Shown here piece after piece: positions 34,871-44,656 of a stretch of DNA of 64,000 bases. Location: IMG/VR virus record IMGVR_UViG_3300030049_000007, one strand, 5' to 3'. The position numbers and the translations under genes are program-made. Source of the DNA: a virus. Under the pieces are notes generated by a model. The model saw only the letters and a list, made by a program, of their open reading frames with translations. It was not told where the DNA came from and did no database searches. Every line of letters starts with the position of its first letter. Position 1 is the first letter of the stretch.

Positions 34871-35736
34871 TTAATAATAGATTCTATGGACGTTTATTTT
34901 ATGATGCGGTAAATGGTAAAATAGATTTATCTAATAATATTAATAATCCTTTATATTATAGTAAAATTCTTGAAGTAAGTTGTTTTACAGCAGTACCAAT
35001 TAATGGATGTATAACAATAGTTAATAATAATGCCAATTTAATTAATTCTAAATATAATAATGATATTACCAATTTAACTATTCCATATATTACAGGTATA
35101 ACATTAACTCCAGGGGATATTGGAGAAATAGTTCCAGTAGCAAATATAATTGGTAATTTATATAAAACAACTCAAATATTACCAGGAAATTATCAAGATC
35201 TATTATATGTTGGTCAAGATGGTATTATTACTAATATTAAACCAACTACAGCTAATGGTGACATTTGGTTAATTGTAGTTGGTATAAAAATAGATGATTA
35301 CTCTTTTGTATTTGAACCATCTATTCCAATTAATTTAGTTAGTAGTTTATTTCCTACTCCAGTTCCTATTGTAATTGGTGATGGTGAGAAAGTTACTTTA
35401 TCTCAAGCTATGCCACAATTAACATGTTTTCGTATAGATGAAACAGGAAGGGCCTTTACAATTACAGCTAATGATGTTAATCTTCCTATAGTTGATGGAA
35501 TCACGTTAGAGTCTGGTGGTATTAATCAATCAATAAATGTAGCCAGATTAAAGAATTATTATTATGATTGTGGTGTTAATTTTACTGAAAGTAATATATA
35601 TTATTTAAATAGTAGTGGAGGTTTAACAACTATTAGACCTACGGATACTAGTTATTTAGTTATTATTGGAAGATCTATACCAAATTCAACTAAATTTATT
35701 TTTGATCCACAAATGCCAATTATGTTATCAAATTAG
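34867..35736 (+). CDS. Structural protein with two DUF2190-like repeats
   Basis: LY...DG.IT..KP...W.IVVG...FVFEP..PI repeated twice. Confidence 0.5.
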   Translation: MINNRFYGRLFYDAVNGKIDLSNNINNPLYYSKILEVSCFTAVPINGCITIVNNNANLINSKYNNDITNLTIPYITGITLTPGDIGEIVPVANIIGNLYKTTQILPGNYQDLLYVGQDGIITNIKPTTANGDIWLIVVGIKIDDYSFVFEPSIPINLVSSLFPTPVPIVIGDGEKVTLSQAMPQLTCFRIDETGRAFTITANDVNLPIVDGITLESGGINQSINVARLKNYYYDCGVNFTESNIYYLNSSGGLTTIRPTDTSYLVIIGRSIPNSTKFIFDPQMPIMLSN

Positions 35737-35743
35737 AGGATAG

Positions 35744-36283
35744 ATGATGCCAAATAAATTTTTAGCATTAAACACAAATGGTTCTATGCAGGAAGTAGCA
35801 CCAACTACTTTAGGCGGTTCTTCTTATGCTAATCAGATTCCAGTTCTTAACAGTAATGGAAATCTTGATATTTCAATGATGCCAACCGGTATTGGTGCTG
35901 ATACTCAAAGTATAGTAGCAAGTGAATCTATTGCTGCTGGTTCTTTAGTAAATATTTATAATAATGCTGGTACCGTAACTATTAGAAATGCTATAGCTGC
36001 TGATAATACTAAACCCGCTAATGGATTTGTTTTATCTTCTGTAGCTAGTGCGGCTATTGGTTTAGTATATGTACGTGGATTAAATTCGCAAGTTCCATTA
36101 GGAACTTTTGTTGCCGCAAATGTTGGATCTAAAGTTTTTCTATCTCCTACTACTGCTGGTGGAATTACTTTAACTATTCCAACTACCACAGGACAAATTG
36201 TACAGGTTATAGGAACAGTTGATGCTGTAGCAACTTTAGTTACAATTAATTTTACAGAAAATACATTTACGGTCAGAGCATAA
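35744..36283 (+). CDS. Structural protein, DUF2190-like C-terminal domain
   Basis: ASESIAAGSLVNIY, ANGFVL, VFLSPTTAGG, GQIVQVIG. Confidence 0.55.
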   Translation: MMPNKFLALNTNGSMQEVAPTTLGGSSYANQIPVLNSNGNLDISMMPTGIGADTQSIVASESIAAGSLVNIYNNAGTVTIRNAIAADNTKPANGFVLSSVASAAIGLVYVRGLNSQVPLGTFVAANVGSKVFLSPTTAGGITLTIPTTTGQIVQVIGTVDAVATLVTINFTENTFTVRA

Positions 36284-36287
36284 TTGA

Positions 36288-36479
36288 ATGGATAAATTTT
36301 TAGAATTAAATACAGATGGATCCTTTAAAGAGAAAAATCCAGTTGTTATTTCTACTGGATCTGCTAATGCTGGACAAATTCCAGCATTAAATTCTAATGG
36401 ACAATTAGATTCTAGCATTACTGGTTCTAGTAGTTCTAATATATCAAGTATATTAGCTTTTGCAGCAGCACATGGATAA
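36288..36479 (+). CDS. Small paralogue of the 35744 N-terminus (fibre adaptor)
   Basis: KFL.LNT.GS..E...QIP.LNSNG.LD.S shared with 35744. Confidence 0.55.
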   Translation: MDKFLELNTDGSFKEKNPVVISTGSANAGQIPALNSNGQLDSSITGSSSSNISSILAFAAAHG

Positions 36480-36482
36480 ATT

Positions 36483-37253
36483 ATGATTAGATTAGATAAT
36501 GTAAATAGATCTATCGTTCTATCTTTAGATGGAACAATTACTACTTATCAATTACAAATTATCGTTAATTATTCAGACAATAATGGAACAACTTATACTG
36601 GTGGAACCCAGACTTCTTTATCTAATAATACTACTCAAGTAACTATTTGTAGCGCCCCAACCTCTTCTACTATTAGAGATATTGATAATATTATAATATT
36701 TAATAATGATACAGTAGCTAATTCAATTAATATATTCCTTAATGATAATAGCACACTATATCAACTTGCAGGACCATTGTTACAGACTGGTGAATCTTTT
36801 GTATATACTCATAGTCGTGGTTGGGAAACGGTTGATATTAATGGATGTCTAAAAACTTCGAATGCTCCAATTTCTCAATTACCAAATAACACAACTGGTA
36901 CAACTCAGACTTTAGGAGATTCATCAACTAAATTAGCTACAGATGCTTTTGTGGCAAATGCTATTAGCAATTTTGCTGCAATTACTCAGACAATCCAACA
37001 AGTAACTGTAGATTTAGGTTCTCAACCTAGAACTAGTGGTCATTTTAATATAACTGGTTCAGGATTTTCTCCAATATTAGGACCGGTTATAGTTATGCAG
37101 GCTGCTACAAGACCAAATTCTGTATTATACGATAATATAGAAATGGATGCAATTAATTGTACTGGAATTATAACTTCTTCCACTACTATTCAAGTAAACT
37201 GGAACTCAGATTATACAGTAGCTAATCAATATACTTTTAATTACTTTATTTAA
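36483..37253 (+). CDS. Tail fibre-like protein
   Basis: TTQTLGDSSTKLATDAFV fibre motif. Confidence 0.55.
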   Translation: MIRLDNVNRSIVLSLDGTITTYQLQIIVNYSDNNGTTYTGGTQTSLSNNTTQVTICSAPTSSTIRDIDNIIIFNNDTVANSINIFLNDNSTLYQLAGPLLQTGESFVYTHSRGWETVDINGCLKTSNAPISQLPNNTTGTTQTLGDSSTKLATDAFVANAISNFAAITQTIQQVTVDLGSQPRTSGHFNITGSGFSPILGPVIVMQAATRPNSVLYDNIEMDAINCTGIITSSTTIQVNWNSDYTVANQYTFNYFI

Positions 37254-37265
37254 TAAGGATAACAA

Positions 37266-38765
37266 ATGGCAATTATAGAAACTGGTAATAGTACCGCTGG
37301 ATTAGCTAATGTCGATGCAGGCAATAACTTAATGGTAACTACTCCACAAGTTAATTCCACTGTTGGATTGGTTGCTGCAAATCCAGTTCGTGTTGGAGCT
37401 GTTCGTTTCTTTAGCGAAAATGATAGTGGATCATTAACTGGATCTCCATTATTAAATTCTCCTATGACTTCTTTAGAGGATAATTTAGCTGTAGGATTAA
37501 TGACTCCATTATTAGATTATTCCTTTAATGGAACTGCTCAAGATACTAGTATGTGGTATTATGCATTTACCACAATGACAGCAATTCAAGCAGGTGGTTT
37601 TTTAACATTAAATAATGGTAATATTGGAACTGCCGCTACTGGTTGTTATTTATTATCTAAATCTTATTATAATTTAACTGGTAATGCTGGTTTAAGATGT
37701 CAGACTATTGGAACTGTTAATATGGTACCAGTAGCAAATGAAGTTTATTATTGTGGTCTTGGTATTCCAGTTTCTACCACTACTCCACCAACAGATGGAT
37801 GTTGGGTCATGTTAACTTCTGGTGGAGTTTATGGTGTTGTAGCTTATAATGGAACGGTTAATAGTATTGGACCAATGCCTGTTGGTCAGACTAGTGTACT
37901 TCCCGTACCCGGAGTTAATAATATTTGGACTATTCGAATTCATGATAGAATGGTTTATTTCTTTGTTAATGATATATTATTAGGTTCTATTCCAACTCCG
38001 TCAGGTAATGCTTCTCCATTTATGTCTGATGCTTTGCCTGTATTTATTCAACAAATCAATACCGGTACGGTTAGTGGTTCTACATTTTTACAGGTTAAAA
38101 TTGCGGCAATTAATATAGATCAATTAGATAGTAATCAGGGAAGGCCGTTTCCCCATATACAAGCCAAAAAAGGTTTAATGGCTTATCAGGGAACCCAAGG
38201 TGGAACTATGGGTTCTACCGCTTTATATTCTAATAGTTTAGTGGCTGCTGCTGGTGCTGCTATGACCAATACTGCGGTTGGACCAGGAACTGGTTTAGGT
38301 GGACAATTTTCATGGCTTCCGACATTAGCCATTGGAACTGATGGTATTCTTTGCTCTTATCAGGTTCCTACTGGTGGTGTCAACCAAACCCCTCGTACAT
38401 TAATCATAACCGGCGTACGTATTCAATCTATAGTAACTACAGCTCTTACTGGTGGTCCGGTATATGAACTTTATTCGTTAGCTTATGGTCATACAGCGGC
38501 TTCATTGGCTACTGCCGAATCTGCTTCTTTTACTACAGCTAGCACTAAGGCGCCAAGACGTATTGTGCTTGGTTTAGAATCATTTCCAGTTACCTCAGCG
38601 GTTGGTCAGGTTTCTGCCACTAACTGTCCGGTTGTAATGCAATTCATATCTCCAGTAATTGTAAATCCAGGTGAGTTTGTAGCTATTGCTGCTAAGAATA
38701 TTGGAACCGTAACAACTACTGGAGCTATTTTAACGTTAGTAACTTTTGATGCATATTGGGAGTAA
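37266..38765 (+). CDS. Fibre/receptor-binding-like protein (beta-sandwich rich)
   Basis: G/T/A-rich 499 aa ending in FDAYWE; structural context. Confidence 0.45.
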   Translation: MAIIETGNSTAGLANVDAGNNLMVTTPQVNSTVGLVAANPVRVGAVRFFSENDSGSLTGSPLLNSPMTSLEDNLAVGLMTPLLDYSFNGTAQDTSMWYYAFTTMTAIQAGGFLTLNNGNIGTAATGCYLLSKSYYNLTGNAGLRCQTIGTVNMVPVANEVYYCGLGIPVSTTTPPTDGCWVMLTSGGVYGVVAYNGTVNSIGPMPVGQTSVLPVPGVNNIWTIRIHDRMVYFFVNDILLGSIPTPSGNASPFMSDALPVFIQQINTGTVSGSTFLQVKIAAINIDQLDSNQGRPFPHIQAKKGLMAYQGTQGGTMGSTALYSNSLVAAAGAAMTNTAVGPGTGLGGQFSWLPTLAIGTDGILCSYQVPTGGVNQTPRTLIITGVRIQSIVTTALTGGPVYELYSLAYGHTAASLATAESASFTTASTKAPRRIVLGLESFPVTSAVGQVSATNCPVVMQFISPVIVNPGEFVAIAAKNIGTVTTTGAILTLVTFDAYWE

Positions 38766-38767
38766 TA

Positions 38768-38920
38768 ATGAAAATTGTTAAGTTAGCAGCTTTTGGTTTT
38801 ACTAAACTCAAAAACGTAGAAGCGGTAAAGGGTGTAATAGGTAAAAAAATAGAACCTTCTAAGATAATTCCCTTAGCAGATAAACTTAAATTTGCTATGA
38901 AAGATATTGGAAAGTGTTAG
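38768..38920 (+). CDS. 50-aa basic protein MKIVKLAAFG... (not in ORF track)
   Basis: ATG 38768 to TAG 38920; carries the shared N-terminal tag. Confidence 0.65.
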   Translation: MKIVKLAAFGFTKLKNVEAVKGVIGKKIEPSKIIPLADKLKFAMKDIGKC

Positions 38921-39001
38921 AAGACGACCAATATCCAGTTCATGAATATTATGATTTTGGGGAAGATGAAGAGTTTTTGATTATTTTGAGAATATTAATA
39001 G

Positions 39002-40150
39002 ATGCAAATCAAACCCCTATATCGTGACCCGGCAACCGGCTACCTCGTAGAAGCACAGCCGGGCGACTCATTGAATATAGCTTCCGTGGCCGTATTCAAT
39101 GAATATATAGCCCTATTACAGAACACCACGACGAACACATGCTGCGCAATTGTAGACTATACAGCTATTCCTATCACGTCCAATAATATACCTTCTAATA
39201 TTTTAAGAACATCACCTAGTATTGATTGTGTAATATTAGAATCAGGTAATGAAGGCGATACTGTATTAATTGCCGCAACGCATGGAAAAGTTTATACTAC
39301 ACCAACAAGTTTAACTTATACAACTAGTGATACTTTATATTTAGGAAAAGATGGTTTACTAACCACAATCTCTCCATCATTATCAAATGGAGATCATTGG
39401 TTAGTTAGAATAGGAAGAATAGTAAACCATTTTCAATTTATATTCGATCCTCAACCTCCAGTAGATTTAACTTCGGGTGGTGGATATACTGGAGATATTC
39501 CAACTCTTTCAGCAAATAAATGGTTATGGAATGATGGAAATGCCTTATTTTGGAAATCAATAAAAGCTTCTGATATTGCAGCCAATGCAGCAATTGCATC
39601 ATTTAATATATCTAATTCAAGTTTAGAAGTTGGTCAATCTATAAATACACCATCATTTACTGCTTCTTATAATGAAACGCCTACTTCCTGTACATTAAAA
39701 GATAATATAAATAATATAGTACAGACTCTTACTAATGTAAATTCTTTTAATTCTAATTATAACTTTATTGAAAGTTCGCCAGGATCAGTCTCATTTACCC
39801 TGGATGCTGTAATGTCTAGTGAGTCTACCGCTAGTGTTAATTTAAATTGGTATTACAGATTATATTATGGCACAGCAATTAGTTTGACAACACCGTCTAG
39901 TTTGAGTTATAATAAACTTAGTTCAGGATTTGCAGGAACGTTTAATGTAAATGCTGGAACTGGAGAATATATTTATATAAGTTTCCCTTCAAGTTTTGGA
40001 ACTCCTACGTTTTATGTTGGTGGATTCGAAGGGGGAATAAGTTTTTTGGAAACAGTTAGTTTTATTAACGCTTATGGAATAACAACTAATTATGATATTT
40101 ATAAATCAGATAATGCTTCTCTCGGATCTACGACTGTCGTAGTATCCTAA
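39002..40150 (+). CDS. Structural protein (DUF2190-like N-terminus plus beta-sandwich C-terminus)
   Basis: LYLGKDGLLTT..P..W.VRIG...FIFDPQPP paralogous to 34867; FNVNAGTGEYIYISFPSSFG. Confidence 0.5.
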   Translation: MQIKPLYRDPATGYLVEAQPGDSLNIASVAVFNEYIALLQNTTTNTCCAIVDYTAIPITSNNIPSNILRTSPSIDCVILESGNEGDTVLIAATHGKVYTTPTSLTYTTSDTLYLGKDGLLTTISPSLSNGDHWLVRIGRIVNHFQFIFDPQPPVDLTSGGGYTGDIPTLSANKWLWNDGNALFWKSIKASDIAANAAIASFNISNSSLEVGQSINTPSFTASYNETPTSCTLKDNINNIVQTLTNVNSFNSNYNFIESSPGSVSFTLDAVMSSESTASVNLNWYYRLYYGTAISLTTPSSLSYNKLSSGFAGTFNVNAGTGEYIYISFPSSFGTPTFYVGGFEGGISFLETVSFINAYGITTNYDIYKSDNASLGSTTVVVS

Positions 40151-40168
40151 TTCCTAAAAGGAGATTTT

Positions 40169-40306
40169 ATGTGGTATGTAGTTAGTGCTTTAGCTGGCGT
40201 GGTGGTTGGTGCTGCTGGTTATCACATAGTAGCTAGTAAAATTGGAGCTAAAATTACCGAACTCTCCACCAAGTTTGAAGAAATCATAGCAATTATTAAA
40301 AAATGA
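40169..40306 (+). CDS. 45-aa single-TM protein (holin/antiholin candidate; not in ORF track)
   Basis: AAGGAG RBS; MWYVVSALAGVVVGAAGYHIV hydrophobic N-terminus; near the endolysin. Confidence 0.5.
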   Translation: MWYVVSALAGVVVGAAGYHIVASKIGAKITELSTKFEEIIAIIKK

Positions 40307-40786
40307 TCTGGCCAAAATCTATTCTTATTCATAAGGATGTATGGCTCCCAACAAATAATATTAATTGGGAAAATAGAAAAGATTCTGACTTTAATCATTG
40401 TAGTTATTGTGGAAGTATCTCTCCAGAAGACTTTTACAATCTTTTAAAAGATGATAGCAATTTAGTAGAGTTAGCAGATCAAAAATATGGTTTTCCACAT
40501 AAATTTTATATTTATTTGTTAAATGGTCAAATGTTTAAATTCTATACTAGACATTTTGTAGATATAGTAGATAAAAAAACTGTTGATACTATATTAGATT
40601 TAATTAAAGAAAAGTTACATATTAACTTAATGTCACATTTGGATGTTATGTAATGGATTCTTTTCAAGTAGATATGAGTAAGTTTTATCAGGATCTTTTG
40701 GATTCTCAAAAGCCAGCAGATCCTGAATACATAAAAGCTTTATGGAAAAATATTTGGGATTTGTATTCATATTCGGATGAAAAGAA

Positions 40787-41164
40787 ATGGGTTTAGTTAA
40801 ATTATCAGCATCATGGGAATTAACCCAATCTCAGATTCCAATTTGGAATACTGAAGTAGTTGATTTGGGTCGTGCCGCTGATGCTCCACAAGCTAATATA
40901 GAACGAACTAATGTAGATTTACGTCAAAAGAGTATTTGGCCTAAAAAGGATTTAATAATGAAGAAAGGAATAATTAAATTAGCTGCAAGTTCTTTTGGAG
41001 ATATAAAACCTTCTCATAAAGGAATGTTACATAAAGCTTTAAATATTCCTGAAGATGAAAAGATTCCAGAAGAAAAACTATTAGAAGCTAAAAATTCAAA
41101 AGACGCCCATGTGAGGATTATGGCTAATTACGCTTTAAATGCTAGGTATAGAGGAAAGAAATAA
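40787..41164 (+). CDS. Tagged protein (MGLVKLSA; internal GIIKLAAS) with a conserved small phage domain
   Basis: IKPSHKGMLHKALNIPEDEKIP..KL...MANYALNAR. Confidence 0.6.
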   Translation: MGLVKLSASWELTQSQIPIWNTEVVDLGRAADAPQANIERTNVDLRQKSIWPKKDLIMKKGIIKLAASSFGDIKPSHKGMLHKALNIPEDEKIPEEKLLEAKNSKDAHVRIMANYALNARYRGKK

Positions 41165-41610
41165 TGACCACTCAGATCACTCCACATTTTACAAAGGAAT
41201 GTTTAGAGTTTAGCGAAACTGCTAATGAACATCATATTGATAATAGTATTCCAGATAGTCTTTATCCTAAAGCTCAACGTCTTTGCCAGGAAATGGAAGA
41301 TGTGCGAACTCTTTTGAGTGAGTATTATAAAGAAGATACTCCAATTTTTACAAATTCGGGATATCGTTGTCCTGAAGTCAATACTTTAACTCATGGTCAG
41401 CCCACTTCTCAACATATGGCTCTTGAGGCTATGGATTTTCATACATCTCATCCTCCTATTGATGATTGGAATATTATTAAAGCATCTAAACTTCCATATG
41501 ATCAACTTATTTTAGAGCATGATAGTGCTGGTCATATTTGGACTCATTATTCAGTATCTAGACCAAATCAGAATGCTCGTCATATGGCATTCACGTTAGA
41601 AAAGAAATGA
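41164..41610 (+). CDS. Peptidase M15 family endolysin
   Basis: TPHFT, NSGYRC..VN, SQH...EAMDF, YDQLILE, WTHYS. Confidence 0.88.
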   Translation: MTTQITPHFTKECLEFSETANEHHIDNSIPDSLYPKAQRLCQEMEDVRTLLSEYYKEDTPIFTNSGYRCPEVNTLTHGQPTSQHMALEAMDFHTSHPPIDDWNIIKASKLPYDQLILEHDSAGHIWTHYSVSRPNQNARHMAFTLEKK

Positions 41611-41780
41611 TTATAATATATATAAGTATATTTTTAATTATTTTATTATTTATCTGTGATAGATATTTCCCAGATAAAAAAGAAGGTAAAGTATTATTTA
41701 AAATAAGTGAACCTTATGATATTAAACCTGCAACTCAAGTAATTTTCAAAATAAGCAATCCAACCTACAAGGAGTCTTAA
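41607..41780 (+). CDS. 57-aa membrane-anchored protein (not in ORF track)
   Basis: MIIIYISIFLIILLFIC TM helix, then KVLFKISEP and ATQVIFKISNP; coupled to both neighbours. Confidence 0.6.
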   Translation: MIIIYISIFLIILLFICDRYFPDKKEGKVLFKISEPYDIKPATQVIFKISNPTYKES

Positions 41781-42119
41781 ATGACCGCTTTTTCCCTTCC
41801 CTTCAATAAACAGGTTTCTGTTACAGCACAGTTTGAAGATGCCGCTGGAAATCTTAGTCCCGTATCGGGAGTTACTGTAGTTAGTAGCGATATCACTGTA
41901 TTAACAGTATCTGCACCTTCTGCTGTAGATTCTGTTTCTGCTGTAACTTTTGTAGTTACTCCAGTTGGTCCTCTTGGTAATGCTACTGTAACAGTAAGTG
42001 GAACTAATACTGCTGGAACTGTAATTACTGGAACTCAGGATTTCACAATTGGTGCTGATGTTGCTACTCAGGTTAAAATTACAGTAGGTGAGCCTACTGC
42101 TATTGTGGCAGCTTCTTAA
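41781..42119 (+). CDS. Single Ig-like (Big-type) domain protein
   Basis: VTAQFEDAAGN, SSDITVLTV, GPLGNATVTVS; strong RBS. Confidence 0.7.
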   Translation: MTAFSLPFNKQVSVTAQFEDAAGNLSPVSGVTVVSSDITVLTVSAPSAVDSVSAVTFVVTPVGPLGNATVTVSGTNTAGTVITGTQDFTIGADVATQVKITVGEPTAIVAAS

Positions 42120-42136
42120 ATTAAAGATTTATTAAA

Positions 42137-42301
42137 ATGAGTTTAATTAAGTTAGCAGCTACTATAGCAAATAAAGAAGCTCTTAAGAAGACTAAGAAAT
42201 ACCTTCTTAATGGACTTGCTCTTACTGGTGTAGGAACTGGTTTGTATGGAGATGCTTTATTGCTTAAGAAGATGCTAAAGAAATAATATAATGTCAATTG
42301 A
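42137..42301 (+). CDS. 54-aa protein MSLIKLAATIANKEA... with a glycine-rich hydrophobic segment (not in ORF track)
   Basis: ATG 42137 to TGA 42301; shared N-terminal tag. Confidence 0.7.
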
Positions 42302-42995
42302 AATTATTGCAGAATTAGTTGCAAAAAATGGTGCATCTTTTGCCCTCATGGATGATAACAACATCCGTGGGGGTTTTAGATGTGTAACTAATTTAACTGA
42401 ACGTAATTCGATTTCATCCGATAAATTAAAATACGGAATGAAAGTTTTCGTACAAAGTACAGATTTAGTATATCAATTACAGTCAGATTTAATTACTTGG
42501 ATAGTAGATACAGCACTAAGCCAGTCATTGCAATCTGCCTATAATAATGGGAACACAATCCAATTAGTAAATGGTAGTCCTTTTATTATTACAGATGGTA
42601 CAAATAATATACTAACAGTTTCAAATGATGATATAATAAATTTTAACACTACGTTATGTGGACAAAACTATACATCTAATATTACAATTAACGTTGCAAC
42701 TAATTCTAGTAATATTATTGTTGACACTTCAGATAAAACTACTTATAGAGCTATTCAATATTTTTACACCATTAGTAATTCAGATGCATCAGGATATGAA
42801 ACTGGACAGCTTTTTTTAATTCAAGATGGACTTAATTCAAGTCTATATGCTATACTCGGTAACAGTATAGGACTGGCAACTGGATCACAATTCTCTTCAA
42901 TTATTTCAGGAAATAATCTTAATTTAATGGTAACTACTGATAATTCTGGTGAGTTTTCTCGAATAGTTCATTTATTTAAAGTAGCTTTAATTTAA
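42291..42995 (+). CDS. Tail fibre/adaptor protein
   Basis: GGFRCV....ERNSI....LKYGMKVFV motif; C-terminal domain shared with 43004. Confidence 0.55.
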   Translation: MSIEIIAELVAKNGASFALMDDNNIRGGFRCVTNLTERNSISSDKLKYGMKVFVQSTDLVYQLQSDLITWIVDTALSQSLQSAYNNGNTIQLVNGSPFIITDGTNNILTVSNDDIINFNTTLCGQNYTSNITINVATNSSNIIVDTSDKTTYRAIQYFYTISNSDASGYETGQLFLIQDGLNSSLYAILGNSIGLATGSQFSSIISGNNLNLMVTTDNSGEFSRIVHLFKVALI

Positions 42996-43003
42996 GGTAG
43001 AAT

Positions 43004-44596
43004 ATGTCCAAAATTATATTACCATTGAATCAAACTCATACCATTACTGTAAATAATGGTACTGTAAGATCATTTTTATTTAATGCTGATGGAACTGCTA
43101 CTATTCCAGGCAATGTTAATCTTGGTAATACTACAAATGGTTATCATGTAATTTTAAATACAGCAAATATAACTACTTCTGATAAAACTTTTACATTTAA
43201 TAATAGAAGTGGAACGTTAGCTTTAGAAGATAATACCTCTTTAATTAATATGTTACCACCATTAACTGGTAATAGTGGTAAATTCTTATCTACTGATGGA
43301 TCTACTGTATTTTGGGGATCTGCCGCTGCTGGTGGATTAACTACTTTAAATGGTATTGGTACTTCTACTTATAGTGCTCAAACATTTGCTATTGGAACTT
43401 CTGGAACTTCGCCAGCTTGGGTAAGTATTTCTAATAATACCAATACTCATACTCTTAATATTCCAATGGCCTCAACCGCTTCTGTTACGGCTGGTTTATT
43501 AAGTAATACAGATTACGGAAATATTCCTTTTGAAAATACTTCCAATACTTTTGCTGGAACTCAGACTTTTACTAATGCTCCAATTATTACTACTCCATCC
43601 ACAGCCTCTAACGCAGTTGCTACTTATGGACAATTACAAACTGCTCAAGCTGGCTTATCTATTCGTCCTCCAGTTGCGGCAATAGATACAGTAGATACCA
43701 CATTACCAACTAGTAACCCAGTAGTAGATACTTATTCGGTGGCTCTTGGTGATCGTATCTTATTTACGGCATTAAGTTCTGGAAACAATGAAGTTTATGT
43801 TGCTGGTGGAACACTTTCATCAATGACATGGACTTTAGCTACTGATGGACAAGCTGGTACCGGTTTACCTAGTAAGGGTGATATTTTATTTATCAAGAAT
43901 GGTACGGTTCATTCTAATCAACAGTATGCATACGAAGGAACTAACTGGGTTCAATACAGTGCCGCCCAACCCTGGACTTTCTCTACTGGCTTAAGTGTAG
44001 TAGGACAAACAGTAACTGTATCTTTCGGAACAACCTCTACTACAGCTTGCGTAGGTAATGATTCCAGATTATCTGATTCTAGAACTCCATTAGCACATAC
44101 TTTAGATGGTGCATTACATACAATTAGTGGTAAAACTGCCGGCCAAGTTATGTTGGCTACTTCGGCAACTACTTTTGGTTTTACTACTATTAGTGGTGAT
44201 TTAGGAATTTCCGCTACTGGCGTAGCAACTATTTCTACTATTAATAGTATAGCTCTTAGCGATGTTGGTTTACAGCAAAATATAGCTACTTTAGCTGATA
44301 ACACCAGTACGGCATCATTAGTAACTGGATGTTCTTGGGCTATCGCAAGTTATAGAACTATTAGAATTTCTTTTAGTATTACTAGAGGTTCTGGAAATTA
44401 TAGTACGGGATATATAGTATTATTACATGATGGAACAACTCCTAGAGTAACTTATATTGAAGATGATTCTATTGGAACTAATGGAATAACTTTTACCACA
44501 GCTATTAATACTGGTAATATTCAATTATTATATACCACTACATCTACTGGTAGTTCGGCTACTATTAGATTCAGAACTGAAACATTTGCAATATAA
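43004..44596 (+). CDS. Tail fibre protein
   Basis: GNSGKFLSTDGS, NTFAGTQTF, GDRIL, GNDSRLSDSRTPLAH fibre motifs. Confidence 0.7.
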   Translation: MSKIILPLNQTHTITVNNGTVRSFLFNADGTATIPGNVNLGNTTNGYHVILNTANITTSDKTFTFNNRSGTLALEDNTSLINMLPPLTGNSGKFLSTDGSTVFWGSAAAGGLTTLNGIGTSTYSAQTFAIGTSGTSPAWVSISNNTNTHTLNIPMASTASVTAGLLSNTDYGNIPFENTSNTFAGTQTFTNAPIITTPSTASNAVATYGQLQTAQAGLSIRPPVAAIDTVDTTLPTSNPVVDTYSVALGDRILFTALSSGNNEVYVAGGTLSSMTWTLATDGQAGTGLPSKGDILFIKNGTVHSNQQYAYEGTNWVQYSAAQPWTFSTGLSVVGQTVTVSFGTTSTTACVGNDSRLSDSRTPLAHTLDGALHTISGKTAGQVMLATSATTFGFTTISGDLGISATGVATISTINSIALSDVGLQQNIATLADNTSTASLVTGCSWAIASYRTIRISFSITRGSGNYSTGYIVLLHDGTTPRVTYIEDDSIGTNGITFTTAINTGNIQLLYTTTSTGSSATIRFRTETFAI

Positions 44597-44656
44597 TACA
44601 ATCTAAAATAACCATCGTGAATTATTTTTAATAATTCACGCTTTCATCTGAAAGCG

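Noticed and set aside
44616-44640. 11-bp inverted repeat between fibre genes as an invertase or DGR site
   Set aside because: It is a single local hairpin (CGTGAATTATT/AATAATTCACG), with no recombinase, reverse transcriptase or template/variable repeat pair seen. More likely an attenuator or mRNA-stability stem.
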